Shown: positions 25,157 to 38,300 of the stretch, piece after piece
How the letters are laid out: the number at the start of each line of letters is the position of its first letter
How positions within the stretch are numbered: the first letter of the stretch is position 1
Assembly: GCA_040954595.2 (NCBI GenBank)
Contig: CM082588.2
Location: forward strand, 1,293,935-1,357,934
Direction of reading: 5' to 3'
DNA: 64,000 bases
Source: Balanoglossus misakiensis
Lineage: Eukaryota > Animalia > Hemichordata
Program-made: the position numbers and the translations under genes
Notes under the pieces: model-generated
The model's input: the letters and a program-made list of their open reading frames with translations, nothing else
The model's database searches: none
Told to the model about the DNA's origin: nothing

Positions 25157-25530
25157 CCAATCAGCTCACGAACTATTGAATTTATAGACGGAAATGTATA
25201 TATGTACATATTTAGATTATTTAATATGATTGCCTTACCTATGATCCTAATCACTTCTACTGATTACTGTTAGAAGTAAGTGACATTTTTTTACTTGTAG
25301 GTAGATGTGTATTCATCTATGGTGTTCGTCTTGGTGCATTTTGAGCAGTGTCATTTGTCAACAGGCATAGTAGTTCATTCTCTTTATCTTACTGATCTTT
25401 AACATAGCTTTGTTCAGTTTTTCTCCTCTTCCACTTGATGATGATGATGGTGATGATGATTATCTTTACACTGAAATCATCATAATCACCGTCATCATCA
25501 TCTTTTCTTTCTCTTGTGTATTATGAATCG

Positions 25531-25549
25531 TCATCATCATCATCATCAG

Positions 25550-25602
<53 letters not shown>

Positions 25603-25609
25603 CCATCAT
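25531..25609 (+). repeat. (TCA)n microsatellite in the presumed 3' UTR of the VWA-Cache gene
   Basis: Near-perfect TCA run with two interruptions. Confidence 0.95.
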
Positions 25610-27384
25610 GCATTTTGTCTTTTTGAAAATGTCATAAGATCTTTAAACTGCATAATGATAATAATATCTTTAATCACCTGACTCTTTCACTCTCTCTCTC
25701 TCTTTTATAACTCCCATGTCTGTTCACAAAATGTCAACATGCCTGATGAGTCACGTGAAACTTGCTGTGCTGAAGTGTAACTGTTCTGGAAATCCAGCCA
25801 CACATAAACATAACATGTACTTACCATGTGACTTTCCCATTTCAACTGTGTTGCAGTTCAGTGGTCTGCATATTGCATGGTGAACATTGTATGTCTTAGT
25901 GCTGTACATTTTGCTGTGGCTGACCCAAGCTAACTGCTAACCGATTTTCCATTTCCATATGTTCAATGTATGACCTTAAATCCTGGTATTTTTGTCATCT
26001 GTGGTGTTGTAACTCTAAAATATATGGTAAAATATCTACAGTTGGTATGTTCTCACTTTGTTAGCGGGGAAAATGCAAATTCTTAGACTAACAATACAAT
26101 ATTGAAATTCTACATACACATCCATGCAATAAAGTCAGTTTTCATAGCGGATTGAATCCCTAAAAATGCCAGGACTTAAGGTCATGCAGAGGTCATGAAA
26201 GTGACAGATTGCAAACCATTTGTTGTCATAGTAATGCTGTTATTTACTGAACATGAAATCATATTAGGGGCACAATATTTTGTGGTCTACCATTTCTTTT
26301 CAGAGCACCGTTCATCTTTTATGACTGCCATGACATTTGATACCGTCATTTATTTCAGACACTTTTGCTTGTTCACGGCATGGTCAACATGTACACATGA
26401 TCATAGCTTTCATGTGCATTGTACATTTCTGCATACAAAACTCATTAACCCATATTGCAGCTGGTACAAATCTGTCACCACTCTTTGTCAATGGGTCATA
26501 ACAGTGCTGAGCCCTAATATTGACATAGATCTTCAATATTTTAATGCCCAAGGAAGGCACGAACTATAAACCATAATCACATTTTCCATTTGTCATGAGG
26601 CCAGGTTCATTTTTCATAGTCTAATGTTTCATGTGTATGGATTTTTCAACATTGTCTGATAGAAAAATAACAAGTACGCGACATGCAGTATTTTTTGATT
26701 TGCTAGAAAACGTATGTCCAATCAGGTCAGTGTATGTGTGACTGTTTTATAGCAATTTCACAGTGGAGCTAGTGTTTTCTAGATCATTTCCTCTCCACAC
26801 TGATGCCGTATTTTCCTCTTCTTTTTTCTGCACAGACACTATAGCATAGATAGAGGCAATAACTCGCAACATGTGGACGGTGTTAGTCTATTAATCTCAG
26901 AAGAGGAAGACAGACTGTAGACTGTAAAACTGTTAACAAATTTCAAAAACAAGAATTGACGCCAAGATATCGTACAGCTTCCGTTGGTAAATATGGATTG
27001 GTGCTGATACAAACGTCCTGGAGTTGATACAGTGTTGAACATTCAAGTGGTATATTGTGGACTTGTATCAGCGAAAAATGTGTTTGTCTCTGGTCATGTG
27101 TATCGTGTCACAGAGCAGATGGTACATCGTGGTCTTCAAGCAGGTGAACATTGCATAACATGCAAATGCCTTATTGTAGAAACCAGTATTAGAGATGTGT
27201 TAGATGACTACTTGTACTTGTGGTTTTGTACATGTGGCATCTTGTCATATCATTCTTTCTTCAAAAAGCAAAATGGTGGTGGACATGTAATAGTGAATAT
27301 TGAGATTAGGTCTCAGAACTTTGTATGCAAAACTTTATTTGTTATCTTTTATTAACAGTTTTTCTAGGGAAAGGTGAGGTATCT

Positions 27385-27565
27385 TTAAAGGTACACAAGT
27401 CATCTGTATAAATGTAGCCACAGGTGCCATGGACACTAGAGATCTAGCCAATCACAGAATTTCACTTGGGGGGCTGGCACCACCACATCATATGGAGACA
27501 ACAACTCCTTTTTCGACTATTACTGATCAAGGCATTTTGAAATCAAGGTGACTGTATATCTTTAA
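27385..27565 (+). mobile_element. Kolobok/T2-type MITE (family B), old copy
   Basis: TTAAAGGTACACAAGTCATCT...AGGTGACTGTATATCTTTAA; internal TAGCCACAG..CCATGG..GAGATCTA.CCAATCACAGA is shared with 47188-47369. Confidence 0.75.
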
Positions 27566-28923
27566 AGTTAGGGTTTAAAATTAAGTGCAATAACACATTT
27601 GTTCTCTTTTTTATTTTTGTTGTTATTTATTTTCATTCTGGTTCCTGAAATATTGTCTGTGCACAAAATACGATCTTGCGACTGAACTCTTTGAAGTGAG
27701 CAAGAACTTGAAGCTCTTAACTTGCCGAAGGTAATAGCTACAACGACCCACCAGAGATAGTTGATGTATTACAGAGGAAGAGTCCATCCTTAGTAATTTA
27801 TATGCAAATCCATTTTGCTTTAATTGATCAGTGGAGTTTTAATAATTATTCTAAATCAATCTTCCAAATCATTTTATTTTCGAGTATTTGTTGTGTTTGT
27901 CCCATCTATTTATTTTGCCGCTTTTATCAGTTTTGGTGCAATAGGAATGCATGTATAGTTTTATTGTTTGGTGTCTATGAACAGTTTTTGGTTTCACAGT
28001 ACTTCAAAGTTTTTTTCAGAAAACTTTGCAGGGGAAAATACATCAGGGTTTTTAATTTAATTTGATTTAATTGTGAAGGTAGTGGATTGTTTTACTTTGT
28101 TTATCTGGTGTTTTTTCGTCTGAAAATGTCTACAAAATGACAATTTCAGAGTACCAATTTATGTACCATAGGTAATGAGATTTAGTTTCTACCGTTAGTC
28201 TAGGGATGAACTTGTATAACAATCTTTTCACATTATCTTAATTTTTTGTGTGCATCACCTGGATGAATAGTATGCAGTTTGAAAAACTTTCCGTCGTCAA
28301 GTTTTGGACCAAACTAGAATTTGTTTTATACATCATTTTTCTTACTTTTTTTCTAACATATCAAGATAAATTTATTTCCATATAATGACAAATTTCTGCC
28401 AAAATGTATGACTGAAACCAAAAGAAATTACGAAAAACTCAAATTATTAATGGAGAACAAACGACTACATGTACCTCCTTGATGGTTTCAGTCATACCTC
28501 AACTAATATAATTCATGTATATAATGATCTCATTGAACTGGTTTTCTAATCTTTGATCTATTTTTGATAATTTTCTTTTCATAATCTTAATTAGGCATAT
28601 TTGTGAATATGATACAATAATATAAAAGATGGTTGTTAGCTTCTTGCTTTCCTTAATAAGTATATCAAACAAATGTATGCTTAACATACAATGCAAGTCA
28701 TAAATAACACCTCCCATACAAATAACACTGTTTGCCTTACGTGACCTTTAACCTCTTTTAGAAGACAACTTCACTTAAATTTATTGCAATAATAACACTG
28801 CAAAGCACTCTGGGACTTCAAGAATGCAGAATAATTGCAGTAAATATTTGACTTCATCGTAGACCTGGCAAACCAGTGGAATTCTTTGCAACCACACAAC
28901 TTGCAGTGTTCACAAATGCAATC

Positions 28924-29136
28924 ATGAAGGCTTCAACAGTTTCTGTAATTTTGCTGTGCTGTTTGGTTCTGACGACTTCAGTGCTAGCTGGTAGTACAGT
29001 TGATCAGCCGTCACCAGGCCATAAAACCCAGCCCAGATTTCAGTCTAAATCAAAGATGATGGCCGACCGGTTTGGAGTGGAAGAGGGGAACATTAATGCA
29101 CGCAAGTTCCGTGACCCTCTTCAAGAGGAACTGTGA
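28924..29136 (+). CDS. Putative 70-aa secretory-pathway protein of unknown family
   Basis: ATG in good context (ATCATGA), classic signal peptide MKASTVSVILLCCLVLTTSVLA/G, hydrophilic mature part, C-terminal QEEL*, AATAAA at 29635-29640. No homologue recognised. Confidence 0.6.
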   Translation: MKASTVSVILLCCLVLTTSVLAGSTVDQPSPGHKTQPRFQSKSKMMADRFGVEEGNINARKFRDPLQEEL

Positions 29137-32096
29137 TACAGCATAATGGTTTTTGCAACAGGACTGAAGATGGAAGGTGTATACATGTATTTTGGACCTG
29201 AATCGACTTTGAACTTGTTCCGGCTGGACAGTCGCAGCATGAAGATGTTATCTGGCAATCTTTGGTTCTTGTGATCAGCCCCTGAATGTCATTGAAGTTA
29301 ACCCAGTTAATTTGTGACAGAAACAATTCAGTTCCCAGCTATGTTTCAAAGCTGTTAAAAGACACTTGCCATGGCCAACTGTGACTGTAAACTGCAAGTT
29401 CATTGGCTTCAAACTGAGCTGCTGCTGGATGAAGTTTGAACATTTTGCACAACACTTACCTAATGTGTGACATCATTACCCTGGATCTGTTAACTTTGAT
29501 ACAATACATTAAATCATTGAAATGAACTTGGAATCTTTACCATAATGGATGATTTTCACTCAAGGGGAGATCTTGCGAGATTTGGTTCATTATTGTGGAA
29601 CAGGTTCTTAGTCACTCTTTCAATGTGAACTTGAAATAAACTTCACATGACACGGCAAGTACTAAAAGATTTTTTATTGATTGCAAAAACAACAATATTT
29701 ACAGTTTGATTGCTAATATTTCAGCAAAAACCATGATTCGTGAATTTGACAGATTTCTTGTAGAAAGCTTTTATCTAAAATGACACAGGAAGAATAACAA
29801 TGCGATTAAGCAAAAGGATTTTGGCAAGCTTCAGTGAGCTTAACATCATAAATAACTTCTCATCTGAAAGACTTAGCAGTTCCAGTATTTCAACAGCCCC
29901 CTGGCAAACAATGCACCAAGATTTGCATCAAAGAGGTACTAGGGACATGCAAGACAGACAGAGTGCTAAAAATTGCCATCACACATCCAGCATTCTTATC
30001 TGTTGTGCTATATATTTGTTTAGAGCCAGTACAGTGAATTCAGAGTTCTGCTGGCGACATTGGTGTCAGTAAAATGCTCAATGATGCAAAGTAGCTTTGA
30101 GTTGATGTGTACATTAAAATATTTTATAGCCAAGAAGCACACAACTACAATTTCAATATTTACAGTATGGAGCTTAACTAACATACAAGCAAAAAAAGAA
30201 TGAAAACACAGTCAAAGAGTACAAAAAAACTCTTCCTCACTTTCTGATCATTTTTGGTATTTCAACCACGCATATTGTAAACACAAAGAGAACTGGTTAA
30301 AAACAACAAAGAAAACAATGGCAGTGACAAAGTAATATATTACAGTTATAAATTAGGTGATTATTAAAAAACATAATCGAATTTGTATTTTTCATGATTG
30401 TACAGATTTCGATTCTTTCAGAACTGACTTTCTGAAAAAGCCCAGTAAATTTACCCCAATATATGTGTACATCATGTATTAGGGCTGAAAGGTTTTAACT
30501 TTTTTTCCTATTAATAATGGACAATGTAATGACTGGCTTTTGTTTAGAAATTCATCTCAAATCCCCTTGTAAATGTAGGAGAGCACAGCCTAGACCCTCC
30601 ATCAACTGTTGCTTTCTTGGACCTGGATGAAACACTGCATACACCAAACTAGCTTCTGAAGTCTCAATTATTAAACATGGCCGGAATCCGCCATCTTGGA
30701 AATCTTTGACCTCAATTTTATCACTTTTTACACTGTTTATATGACCATCCAATAGCATATTTTTAAACACAATTTGGGGTGACCTTAACCCGTGCTGCCT
30801 TGGTAGAATTTATGCTCATTTTACAGGCCTGCATCTTGTCACATTTTCAACATTATTTTAGAGACACTGTAGAAGTCTACAAAGATAATTCCTGGCCTAA
30901 TGAGAGTAAAAGAGACACATTTTAAAACTCAGACAGCTCATATCTTATTACCCAATTTTGCTGACTGAAACAAAACTTTTCTCAAGCATTTCATGTAAAA
31001 CTTCATTTTCATGTCTCAAACAAAACAAAACAAAACAAAACTAAAGATGATATAAAATGCAACACAAAATACACATGTAAACCATTCATTCTGAAAATAT
31101 AACTTACATCACAGTTGTAAATGCCCAGGTGTCGACAAAATATATCTTTACCCTATTTTCATAAAATATTTATAGAAAAACTACAGAAAATCTTAACTGT
31201 AAAATGTTGGACTCGACAAAAATGTCCAACAGAGCTAAATGTTATTTTGATTTTTCATGAGACAAAGATGCTAACTTTTGAAATTATTTTGCTTAGATGT
31301 ATTTCTGTTTCACTTACTGTGAATCATAGTGTTCGGACTTGATGTGCGCTGACTTGCCAGTTATTACAGTTCAAAACTCACATTCTGCGTGAGAAGTATT
31401 TAACCCTTTGAACCCCGACACCTAGTGACCTATGACATCAAGCAGAAATTTAACTGTCGTATATACGCTGATCAACTGTGCTTCAAATGAAATGCTGCTT
31501 ATTGCTTTTTGAAGTTTTGTGCTCTTTCATTGTGTTATCAGTCGGAAATAAAAGCCAGCAGAATGAAGCTGGACAAGAGCTGTGTTGAAAGGTTCAAGTA
31601 TGCAACACAACATACATACATGTAATTTCTGTCATTAAAAACGCCTCATATTTCACAAGTGACAAAACCAGGGTTTCCAATTTCCTAACAAGTATCTGTG
31701 GTCTTCATATTGGGTCAAAATGGCAAATTGTCAGTACAATAAATAAAATGTTTTTGACGTTTGTTCTACTACAAACTATTTGACACTTGGACAAGATTTT
31801 GAAAGAAAATGATACAATATCTTGCTGACCAGAGCTCCCCAGATGATAGTTACATGAACAAACATTTACTTTGAAAGTAAGTGGACAGGCAAATGCAGTG
31901 TTATTGTCCCCCTTTGACTTCTTATGAACAAGCCCCTTAGCTTGAACTTGTTTTTCACATTCAAACTCAACCTCACCGATCTTAATTTAATTTAAAAAGC
32001 TAAGGGCTCTGTACAGATTTTAAACGTACCCCTTAACTTGGCAAATGTACAGCTTGTTCTTCACTCCACAAACAGCAACCCTCGATGCTGCTTCCG

Positions 32097-32299
32097 TTTA
32101 CAAAGCTATGCAGTCTGTTCCGGATCGATATGTGTGCCCCTCAGCTGAGCACACTTGAGCCTTGATATTTATTTCTATTTACAAAGCTAAGTAGTCTCCT
32201 CAATATGTGCCCCTCAGCTAAACACACGTGAGACTTGATATTTACTTTCATTTACAAAGCTAGGTAGTCTCATCAATATGTGCCCTTTAACCCAGCACA
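32097..32299. repeat. Minisatellite, ~2.7 copies of a 73-81-bp unit, directly after the XPO4 stop codon
   Basis: Units start TTTACAAAGCTA at 32097, 32178 and 32251 and share ATATGTG..CCC..AGCAC. Confidence 0.85.
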
Positions 32300-32302
32300 T
32301 GT

Positions 32303-35300
32303 TCACTTCACGCACAGGAATCCTCTGACGTTGATCAGGAACGTCTCTAACTTTCGCAGGAAGGCAATTTTGTTGGGTCTGTCAAATACGAGGGGATGAT
32401 TTGGTGGTGTCAGTTGATTGAAAGCTTCCACTAGACGTTGATAATAGGCTGGATCGGTCTGGGTTCTTAGAAGGTTGTGCACCAGTTCATTGTACAGACT
32501 CTGCAATGCAAAATCGTAAACTGAAATTAATTTGCAGGATCATTAACTGGATTCTCAGTTTACAACAAGTCAGGAGACAAAATTCAAAGGAGAATCTTTG
32601 AATGACAATTTTCACAAACCTGGTGGGAGCACATGAGAGCATAGAAAGCTTCAGAAGCAGACGACGTCAAATCCATGTCGAAATTCTCATACAGTAACAT
32701 GTTGAATACAACCTACAAGGAAGCAAAGAAAGAGCCAGATATGGAGAATTAGTTCATTGAATATTGTTCACTGGAAACCCTACATCAGTTGTACCTATGA
32801 TTAAATTAATTATCCGATTTGTGAAGCAAAAAATGAACCATACAGCCATGTATGAACTTGGCCTCAGTGCGTTAAGTAATGTAATGTAAATAACATCATA
32901 GTATGGAGCTTCAAAATACTCTAGGAAAGCACTTACCCGAAGAAAATGCTGCATACCAACATACAGCGGAGATTCAACCTGTTGATTTTTGAAGCAGTGT
33001 CCACCCAGGGCTGATAGACTATCGAAACACAACTTAGCTATTTCGACCCCGAAGCTGGTTAGGCCTAGTTCAATGGAAGCCAGGAGATTTTTAAAGAGAT
33101 CTTCTGGTAATTGACAGACCTTCTCGGGGTAAACTTCACAGATGAAGGAAGCTACTCTGTAGTAATGCGTGCATAGAGATGGAAACTGTTGACACAGAAA
33201 CAAAATAAAGACAATGTTAATATTCTAAATTTCAAAATGGCCGCCATATCAAACTGAAAACGGACAAGAAATGTTCACAGATACTCATTAAGTTTTAGAG
33301 AAACGGAAGACTCACCTTAAGCAGTTCTGTATTCATTAAAGGTACTATAATATTAAGGCCATACAGGACAATATCACCTGCCGACACGTTGCTAGGTATC
33401 TGACTACCATTTCCTCCAATAATATCCTCTAAAACAAAGAAGATTATGATAAAATTCATGAGAGTAATTACTCTTAATACATTCATAATATCAGCTCATG
33501 AGACAGATAACACAATAAATTTGTAAGATCTGTAACTACTCAACCTAATAGCACTTACCCGTTATTCCAAAATCTATAAAATCCTTGGATAATAAATTAG
33601 TAAGTAATTGCATCATTAATAAAATGTCTTGATAATGGTCTTCCTCTGCTGTCAAATCATAATTTTTCTTGCCTGTGGTTGAAACAAAACAAGCCCTCAG
33701 GTTATTTATTCATGTCAGCTCCTGACAAACCTGATACTGATAATGCCAGTTGTGTTGGCACAAGAATGTTGATAGACCACACAAACCTATACAACATTGA
33801 AAAAAAGAGTTAGACTTGGTGTTTTCCTGTCTTTTCATCACTGAGAGCTAATGACAAAACTTGATTGTAGGCTTACCTGTGTTATGTTTGGAATAAGCTT
33901 GTAACAACGACAATGATACTTCATAAAATTTACTGGTATCTCCCTGCAAAGCAAAGTGTGACAGTTATGAGTTCAAATCTCCAAAATAAAATTGTCTGAA
34001 TGAAGGTTGATCAGTGAAAGAATGCCTTGTAAAAGTCTGAAACATCTGAACTGGAATCAAAGCAATGAAATGAAGTAACATCATCGTACCTCTGAGATAT
34101 AGCATATCACATGATTAGCGACTTCTCTGAAAACTTCAAGAACCTTTACAATCACATCAGCATGGTTTTGGTACGTCTCAAGCAAGGACACGCATTCTCT
34201 TAAAAGTGGCATACAAAAGGAGAACACAGTAGAGACGTTGTCTATCCTAGTTCCTAGTACTGTGCCTTCCACTATGGAAAGCAAGGTGATGACTTCCCGT
34301 TTGACTTGTTCCTCGTGAGATATCCTCTGGAAGTTTCCTCGCTGAAGTAAATTGGTGAATCTCTCCTGAACAGGTTGCAAAAGCTGGGAAGTAGGAAGGA
34401 AAATAATCATTTAACCAAGGGAAATGTTTATCCTTGATAAACAGGAGATGATTTAGATCAATTGACCAATCAGATGTGCTGATACCATTCTTGAAACCTT
34501 TAGTGACCAATCAGAAGACATGCTGAGAATGCCAGTGTCCAAATCAAACCATGATCAACCAATGAGAATTCAGTCGCTCACCTGGCTCCAGTAGCTATGC
34601 TTGGTGTCTTCGTCACCAGCTGATGTCCCCGCCATCACTAACGCTTTCATTAAACTGCACTTGATTTCCTCAGGAAGAAGGTCCAGGGGTGGGGAGTTGG
34701 CCGCATGCCTCTTGGCCAATGTCCACAAGCCCTCACACTTGATGACGGTTTGACACCTGTCAATCAAAGCAATAAAGCCTTCCTTGAGTCAAGAAACAGA
34801 TTACCTAGTCAACCCACAAGGGGGTGCGAAACCGGTGCAGATATACCCTGTTGCTAAACAGAGATTAATTGATTGTGCAAATTGTAGGACCACTGTATCA
34901 TTTATCCAGCCTATGATTAAAAGAATCAATTACCTGTCTTTCTGTTGGACTAGCGCCACCAATAGATCCACAGTGTCCATGGCCAAGTCGTGCTCAGAAC
35001 TCCACACCGACAGATTGGATAAAATCTTATCGATCAGAAACCCAATACTCCATTGTCCTCCCTCTGTGTCGCGTCCAAATGATGCTGTTAGGGCTAGACT
35101 CATCTAAGGGGAAAAAAAACAGAATTTGTTAACCCCTTTTACATGTAATAGTATGTGTATTGGTAGCAATGGGCCAGCCTGCCCCTTCAAAAACCCTCAT
35201 GAATTTGCAGATTTTCCCCAACAAAACTGGCTCTATTACCTGTGCATAGTATCGTTCATTTGGCAGCAAATAAGCCAAGCACCATCTCCTTAGAAACCAC

Positions 35301-38300
35301 ATGGTCGTAGCGCCTACTTGTGGACTCAGCAGTGAAGAAAGCTGTGCACTCACAGCGCGCCGCTCAACCTCTGATAATCTGAATACTGCAGCTATTAATC
35401 TAGGGATAATGAAAAACAGTGAGTTAATTTGCATTGTCTGGCAAACTGACCTGCAGAATGGGACAGGGAAAACGACTCACGACTGAACACTTACCTGACT
35501 ACCTTATCACTACTTTCTTCGCTTCCAGGAATGTTAGCGACTTTCTCGCCAGGAGATCCTAAGACTCGCAGCGTTGTATCTATGCTGATGTTTTGCGACT
35601 CTCCAATGGAATATTCCATTATATCTGAAGGGATGAGTGGGGTCTCCCCAGGGGATTCGTCTGCTAAGACATATCCTGGAAATATGGAAATGAAAACCCT
35701 TTGAACTCTCTTGGGGCATATTGAATACGACCATGTATTGACTTCTCAATCACAGGTCAATATCTTTATTTACTACTCCCAGGTCAATATCACCCTCACC
35801 TGATATAAGCACCAACCAGTGGATATCTTCATACAGATCAATGAGAACTGAGTCACTGTCTGGAACATTGTGCGCACCGTGAGTCATCGCTTGTTGTTGA
35901 AGCCTCTGCAGTTGTCCGTGCAATCGATTCACTCTCTCTTCAAGTAACCTGCACGAAGATGAAGCATATCAATGACAAATATGGAATGAAAGTAAATGAT
36001 ATATATCTCAGTAAAGATATTATCATTATTAAAAGCTGTCATCTCTATCACCGACTGTGGCCTGTTCTACCGTTTTCCAAAGTTAAAAAGCAGTGCACAC
36101 TGTTATGCCATTGGAGACACTGTATAGAAAACTTGCCTGGTAAGCAATTGAATACTGTGCTCAGGTATCACTCTTGCTAGGTAACCAATACTACAGAGTT
36201 GGTCACTGAACAGATCTCTATCGTCATCTTCTGCTTCATTAATTTCTTCATCAAATGAAGAATCATCATTTATTTCCTGGAAGAAAAAAAGCAGGTAAAA
36301 ATTAGACTTGTAATAACCACCACCTGTACAATATGAAGTGATGGCTGATTTATACAACTCACAGGGACTAGCAAACTTTCTTTTCTCTGACCTGATTTCT
36401 TGTCCCATCTGGAGCAGCAAGATGGCACTGTACATAAGTGTTGAACACTTCAACAGCCTGTGGTTTGAAGTATCCATTCGGAAAATGTTGTGTATCCAAC
36501 ATCAATGTGCTCCAAGCATCCAGTAGTTGGTCAAACGCCTCCATGTGAATCATATCATCTTTGTGCATCTGTTACAAGAAAAAATATATATATCACTACG
36601 ATTCAATCCACCTTAAATAGGTTTTTGCTACCTAGGTGAGTGATAAAAATTTCAAGATGGCCGATTTTTGCTATGGTTCCTATTGGTAGATCAATAGTCA
36701 TAACTTACAGCCTCTTCCAGGGCTGCTTTTCGTCCAAACTGACAAGTCAACTTGGATAATGTGTTGATGAACATATCCAGAAGCTCTCGGGGTAGACTGA
36801 CGATGACTGGCACCGGAAAAACCGTGACAAGTTTGTTGACGATGTTGGAGATTCCCAGGGCTTCATGGTCAGCCACGTCCACACTATAGAAAAACAAGAA
36901 AAAAGTTTAATCATTGTTAAAGACTCTTGAGGAGTTTAACCAACAAGTCAATTTTTTAGGGATACTACTCCTTTTGGTTATAAAAAAAATAAAAACCTTT
37001 CACTGTACCTGTTTATGAAATGAAGAAAACCACGGCACATGTGTGCCAGATAGTCACACTGGGTCTTCTCGTCTTGGAAAATCGGACCATTCAGCGATGC
37101 CAGCTGGGTGAGACACTGCAGTGAATGGTGGCCCATCTCAGAATTATGACGCACTTTCAGATGCAACTGTGACCAAAATCATGAAATAGAAATAGACAAA
37201 AATATGATGGTGTATAATGTTAGCCAAACCAATAACCTATTCTTGCATGCGAACAGACTCTCTTCTTATGGCCACTGCTGAATATAAATTATCTCTCACC
37301 TTAAAAAACAAATCTATCACATTGTGATCCAGAATTGTACTCCTCCATGTTGCACTTGGTTTGAAGTGCACATTCTGACTGCTGCCAAAACTACCAACGT
37401 TTCTTCTGGCAAGTGTGTATAGTTAAGGCATAATACTCCATCTTTGAAGAGAAAAACTAAATTCACGCCAGAATATTTCAGTCCAAAATATTTCTGACGC
37501 AACCACTTTAAAAAGCATTTAAAGGATATCATTTGTGGGTGTAAAATCCCAACTGAGTACTTGTTCACTGATCGATAAGAATCTGTTGAAAACAGCATTA
37601 GTTTCCCTGGACAGCGAAATGTCTTTGTTGGAAAATTCATGTAAAACTTGCACAGAAAAGAGAAAGACCTTCTTCAAGTCATTATTCTGAAAAACAAAAA
37701 AATAAAATAATGACGCCAGAAAATTCACAAACATTAATATATTGTAATACTTCATGTTTTTCATACAATTTACCGGTAGTTTGATTTCAAAATGTAGTTC
37801 TTTGACACTTTCTTTCATTTGTTTATTTTTTTTCTCTAGCCAGAACTACAGTGTGTCCTTTTCACAGGCTTCATTGTAACAAAACACAGGGCAAAGGGAC
37901 ACAGGAGCCTAATGGACTAAGATTACGGATCATGGCACAGTTGCTATGAGTGACAGACTGTAAACGTGACAAAAATGTACAAGTGACCTGTTTACCCTGC
38001 ATGAAAGAAGGTGAACTATGTCAAAGGTCATAAGGTCAGGCTTTCAATGGTAGACACTTACTTCGAAGGTTCGCTTGCATGTAGCATGGAATTCCCAACT
38101 CAATCCCACATCACTGGATCTAGTTGAACTTGAGTATTCATTCAACAGGGCAACTAGTATGGAACAGGCCACCATTTGCTGTTAAAAATAAATAAAAAAA
38201 TAAATAATTAAAATATAATCAAAATAAATTGCCAGGCATGAGAGGCAATTGCTGCAAGTTATATATAAACATGTCATGACTGACCATAGCAGAGTCCCCG

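Noticed and set aside
29020-29112. RFamide or apelin-like neuropeptide assignment for the small ORF
   Set aside because: DRFG is not followed by a basic cleavage site, and the similarity to apelin is limited to RKFR.
29134-29274. Selenocysteine or read-through at the TGA of the small ORF (45 further open codons)
   Set aside because: No redox-type motif or recognisable SECIS element, and QEEL already makes a sensible terminus.
31399-31597. Possible decayed piggyBac-like element
   Set aside because: Terminal repeats too degenerate and no second copy in the window.
37840-37910. Intronic hairpin as an H/ACA snoRNA
   Set aside because: Only a short stem; no clear two-hairpin H/ACA layout.
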